DNA of 64,000 nt from Ranitomeya imitator (lineage: Eukaryota), in contig NC_091285.1 of assembly GCF_032444005.1 (NCBI RefSeq), positions 471,572,001 to 471,636,000 on the forward strand, written 5' to 3'. A program made the position numbers and the translations under genes. Below are positions 59,599-64,000 of this stretch, piece by piece (positions within the stretch are counted from its first letter, which is position 1; each line of letters starts with the position of its first letter). The notes under the pieces were generated by a model. The model searched no databases. It saw nothing but the letters and a program-made list of their open reading frames with translations, and was not told where the DNA came from.

Positions 59599-60397
59599 TG
59601 TTGTGAATTCCTCTCTTGGGCTCCCTCCGGTGGTTGTAAGTGGCACTTTTGTGAGTTCTGCTCTTGGGCTCCCTCTTGTGGTTTCAAGTGGTATGGCTGC
59701 TCCTTGGAGTTAGCTGTCAGCAGCTGCTTTCACTGATCGTCTTTTCTGCTCGGCTATATATGCCTGGCTCTGTCCTTCAGCTAGTGCCACTTGTAAATGG
59801 TTCCTGGTTGGATTCACATCTCTTTTGGATTTCCCTGTTATCCTGACCAGTTTAGCAAAGCTAAGTTTTTTGCTTGCTCTTTTCTGTTCACAGATTGTGG
59901 ACTTATCCGTTCTGTGCTTTCTTTGTTTATCCAGCGTTATCAGTATGAATTAATTCTGTCTTGCTGGAAGCTCTGGGAAGCAGATTTACCCTCCTCACCT
60001 TTAGTCAGGTGTGGAGATTTTTAGTAAACTCTGCGTGGATTTTTGTAGTGTTTTATACTGACCGCACAGTATTCCATCCTGTCCTTTCTATCAAGCTAGA
60101 CTGGCCTCCTGTGCTCATCCTGGTTTCATTCTGTGTATGTCTTTTTCCTCTCCACTCACAGTCATTATTTGTGGGGGCTAATCTTTCCTTTGGGGATTTT
60201 CTCTGAATCAAGATAGTTTTCCTGCTTCTATCTTTAGGGGTAGTTAGCTCTTAGGCGGTGACGAGGTGCCTAGGGAGAGTTAGGAGCATCCCACGGCTAC
60301 TTATAGTGTTGTGTTGAGCTTAGGGACTGCGGTCAGTACAGTTACCACTTCCTTCAGAGCTCGTTCCATGTTGCTCCTAAACCACCGTGTCATAACA
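59599..60397 (+). repeat. 5' LTR (799 bp)
   Basis: TGTTGTGAATTC...CATAACA, followed by GTAC as in the first element. Confidence 0.9.
59755..59795 (+). promoter_or_regulatory. Putative LTR TATA box and self-primer (predicted transcript 5' end)
   Basis: TATATA at 59755. GCCACTTGTA (59786-59795) is the exact complement of TACAAGTGGC (60399-60408), just downstream of the LTR. Confidence 0.7.
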
Positions 60398-60532
60398 GTA
60401 CAAGTGGCCAAAAATGAATTAAATGCATCTCAAAAGAAGGAAAAGAAAGTTCTGAACCATGTTTTTTTCTGTGCTCTGGTTTATTTATTTTTTCCTCTTG
60501 ATATCTGGGTGGTTCAGGATATATGCTCTGGC

Positions 60533-63500
60533 ATGGATGTTCAGGGTTTGTTTTCTCGTGTGGATCAACTTGCTGCAAGAGTACAGAGTATCCAGGACTA
60601 TGTTGTCCAGACTCCAGCTTTAGAGCCTAGAATTCCTACTCCTGATTTGTTTTTTGGGGACAGATCCAAGTTTTTGAACTTTAAAAATAACTGCAAATTG
60701 TTTTTTGCTTTGAAACCCCGTTCTTCAGGTGATCCCATTCAGCAAGTAAAAATCATCATATCCTTGCTGCGTGGTGACCCTCAAGACTGGGCCTTTTCTC
60801 TTGAAACAGGGGATCCGGCATTATTAAATGTAGACGCATTTTTTCAAGCGCTCGGATTATCGTATGATGAACCAAATTCTGTGGATCATGCAGAAAAAAC
60901 CCTGTTGTATTTGTGTCAAGGTTAGGAAGCGGCAGAATTATACTGCCAGAAATTTAGAAAATGGTCTGTGCTCACTAAATGGAATGAGGAGGCTCTGGCT
61001 GCTATTTTCAGAAAAGGACTTTCTGAAGCCCTTAAAGATGTTATGGTGGGCTTTCCTACGCCTGCCGGTTTGAGCGAATCTATGTCTCTAGCCATTCAGA
61101 TTGATCGGCGTCTGCGCGAGCGCAAAGCTGTGCACCATATGGCAGTGTCCTCGGAGCAGAGTCCTGAACCTATGCAATGTGATAGGATTTTGACTAGAAC
61201 AGAACGGCAGGAATTCAGACGTCAGAATAGGCTGTGTTTTTACTGTGGTAATTCTACTCATGTTATCTCTTATTGCCCTAAGCGTACTAAGAGAGTCGCT
61301 AGGTCTGTTACCATTAGTACTATACAGCCTAAATTTCTCTTATCTGTGACCCTGATTTGCTCATTGTCGTCCTTTTCTGTCATGGCATTTGTGGATTCAG
61401 GCGCTGCCCTAAACTTAATGGACTTAGAATTCGCCAGGCGCTGTGGTTTTTCCTTGCAGCCTTTGCAGAGTCCTATTCCTTTGAGGGGTATTGATTCTAC
61501 ACCCTTGGCCAAGGATAAACCTCAGTACAGGACGCTGATGACTATGTACATGGCCCCAGCACATCAGGAAGATTGCCGTTTTCTGGTGTTGCATAACCTG
61601 CATGATGTTGTTGTACTGGGTTTTCCATGGTTACAGGAACATAATCCGGTGCTGGATTGGAAAACTATGTCGTTGACTAGTTGGGGTTGTCAAGGGGTAC
61701 ATAGTGATGTTCCTTTGATGTCAATTTCCTCTTCCCCCTCTTCTGAGGTTCCTGAGTTTTTGTCGGATTTCCAGGATGTATTTGATGAGCCCAAGTCCAG
61801 TTCCCTTCCACCGCACAGGGACTGTGATTGTGCTATTAAATTGATTCCTGGTTGCAAGTTCCCTAAGGGCCGACTTTTCAATCTGTCTGTGCCAAAGCAT
61901 GCCGCCATGCGGAGTTATGTTAAGGAGTCTTTGGAGAAGGGGCATATTCGGCCCTCTTCGTCACCATTGGGAGCGGATTTCTTTTTTGTTACTAAGAAGG
62001 ATGGCTCCTTGAGACCCTGTATTGATTATCGTCTTCTTAATAAGATCACGGTTAAATTCCAATACCCCTTGCCCCTGCTTACTGATTTGTTTGCTCAGAT
62101 TAAGGGGGCTAGTTGGTTTACTAAGATTGACCTCCGAGGGGCATATAATCTTGTTCGTATTAAACAGGGTGACGAAAGGAAAACTGCATTTAATACGCCC
62201 GAAGGCCATTTTGAATACCTTGTGATGCCATTTGGGCTCTCTAATGCTCCATCTGTGTTCCAGTCTTTCATGCATGATATTTTCCGCAATTATCTTGATA
62301 AATTCATGGTCGTATATTTGGATGATATTTTGATTTTTTCTGATGATTGGGAGTCTCATGTGAAGCAGGTTAGGATGGTGTTCCAGATCCTTTGTGATAA
62401 TGCTTTGTTTGTGAAGGGGTCTAAGTGCCTATTCGGAGTTCAGAAGGTCTCTTTTTGGGGTTTTATTTTTTCTTCCTCGTCTATAGAAATGGATCCTGTT
62501 AAGGTCCAAGCAATTCATGACTGGATTCAACCCACATCTGTGAAGGGCCTTCAAAAATTTTTGGGCTTTGCTAATTTCTATCGCCGTTTCATTGCCAACT
62601 TTTCCAGTGTGGTTAAGCCCCTTACTGATTTGACGAAGAAAGGCGCTGATGTGACGAATTGGTCCTCTGCGGCTGTTGAGGCCTTTCGGGAGCTTAAACG
62701 CCGATTTACTTCTGCCCCTGTGTTGCGTCAGCCGGATGTTTCTCTTCCTTTTCAGGTTGAGGTCGACGCTTCTGAGATTGGGGCAGGGGCCGTTTTGTCT
62801 CAGAGGGAGTATGATGGTTCTTTGATGAAACCGTGTGCCTTTTTTTCCAGAAAATTTTCGCCTGCGGAACGCAATTATGATGTCGGCAATCGTGAGTTGT
62901 TGGCTATGAAGTGGGCGTTTGAGGAGTGGCGACATTGGCTTGAGGGAGCTAAGCACCGCGTTGTGGTCTTGACTGATCATAAGAATCTGGTTTACCTCGA
63001 GTCGGCCAAGCGGCTGAATCCTAGACAGGCTCGATGGTCTCTGTTTTTCTCCCGTTTTGATTTTGTGGTCTCGTATCTTCCGGGATCTAAGAATGTTAAG
63101 GCTGAAGCCCTCTCTAGGAGTTTTTCACCTGATTCTCCTGGAGTCCTTGAGCCGGTTGGCATTCTTAAGGAAGGGGTGATTCTGCCATCTCCCCTGGTTT
63201 GCGACGGGTGCTTCAGGAATTTCAGGCTCATAGGCCTGACCGCTGTCCTGTGGGGAAGCTGTTTGTTCCTGATGGATGGACAAGTAAGGTGATTTCTGAG
63301 GTTCATTGTTCAGTGTTGGCTGGTCATCCTGGGATTTTTGGTACCAGAGATTTGGTTGCTAGGTCCTTTTGGTGGCCTTCCTTGTCGCGCGATGTCCGTG
63401 CTTTTCCCCCGCTAGTGGGTTGCTTTTGCCGGTCCCTGAGAGGCCCTGGACGCATATTTCCATGGATTTTATTTCGGATCTTCCTGTTTCCCAGAAGATG

Positions 63501-64000
63501 TCTGTTATCTGGATTGTTTGTGACCGGTTCTCTAAAATGGTCCATCTGGTACCTTTGCCGAAGTTGCCTTCCTCCTCAGATCTGGTTCCATTGTTTTTTC
63601 AGCATGTGGTTCGTTTGCATGGCATTCCGGAGAATATTGTGTCTGACAGAGGTTCTCAGTTTGTCTCTAGATTTTGGCGGGCCTTTTGTGCTAGGATGGG
63701 CATTGATTTGTCTTTTTCTTCGGCGTTTCATCCTCAGACTAATGGCCAAACTGAGCAAACTAATCAGACCTTGGAGACCTATTTGAGATGCTTTGTGTCT
63801 GCTGATCAGGATGATTGCGTGTCTTTCTTGCCGTTGGCTGAGTTTGCCCTTAATATTCGGGCTAGTTCGGCTACTTTGGTTTCACCTTTCTTTTGTAATT
63901 TTGGTTTTCATCCTCGCTTTTCTTCTGGGCAGGTTGAGCCTTCTGATTGTCCTGGTGTTGATTCTGTGGTGGACAGGCTGCAGCAGATTTGGACTCATGT
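60533..64000 (+). pseudogene. gag-pol pseudogene
   Basis: Knuckle CFYCGNSTHVISYC, FVDSGA, YLDD, RNase H and integrase motifs with disablements. Confidence 0.92.

Larger units (their letters stand above)
59599..64000 (+). mobile_element. Second Ty3/Gypsy element of the same chromovirus family, truncated by the window end
   Basis: TG...CA LTR 59599-60397; gag-pol highly similar to the first element, with an in-frame TAG at 60923-60925, a frameshift near 63190 and a deletion near 63400. Confidence 0.95.

Overview
Eukaryotic, AT-rich, almost entirely repeat-derived vertebrate DNA. The repeat families look amphibian (frog-like); that is my inference and no species can be fixed from the sequence. 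The window looks like intronic sequence of an unidentified host gene, with two weak candidate minus-strand exons. From left to right it holds: (1) a 15.9-kb hAT transposon (8-bp TSD) containing two tandem arrays, a nested hAT MITE, a 5.8-kb fold-back Penelope-like element (PLE) and a 321-bp ribozyme-bearing mini-element; (2) a TTAA-flanked piggyBac-like element spanning a 244-N gap; (3) a near-complete chromovirus (Ty3/Gypsy) with 6-bp TSD; (4) L2, Tc1 and MITE remnants; (5) an apparently intact two-gene Harbinger with spliced ORFs; (6) a second fold-back PLE; (7) a CR1 LINE interrupted by a second chromovirus that runs off the window. The main signal not shown by the ORF track is a set of five hammerhead-ribozyme (HHR) carrying insertions of 0.28-5.8 kb with no evident shared sequence. 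All five have the same geometry: a 13-15-bp TSD, a head-to-head fold-back, and an unpaired 3' tail on only one arm. They include a 344-nt retrozyme-like monomer and HHR cores with C3-G8 replaced by A3-U8 or U3-A8. Both chromoviruses show a tRNA-independent self-priming signature, and one has lost its self-primer by a 27-bp deletion in the 5' LTR. All coordinates and alignments were read by eye; no database search was run.
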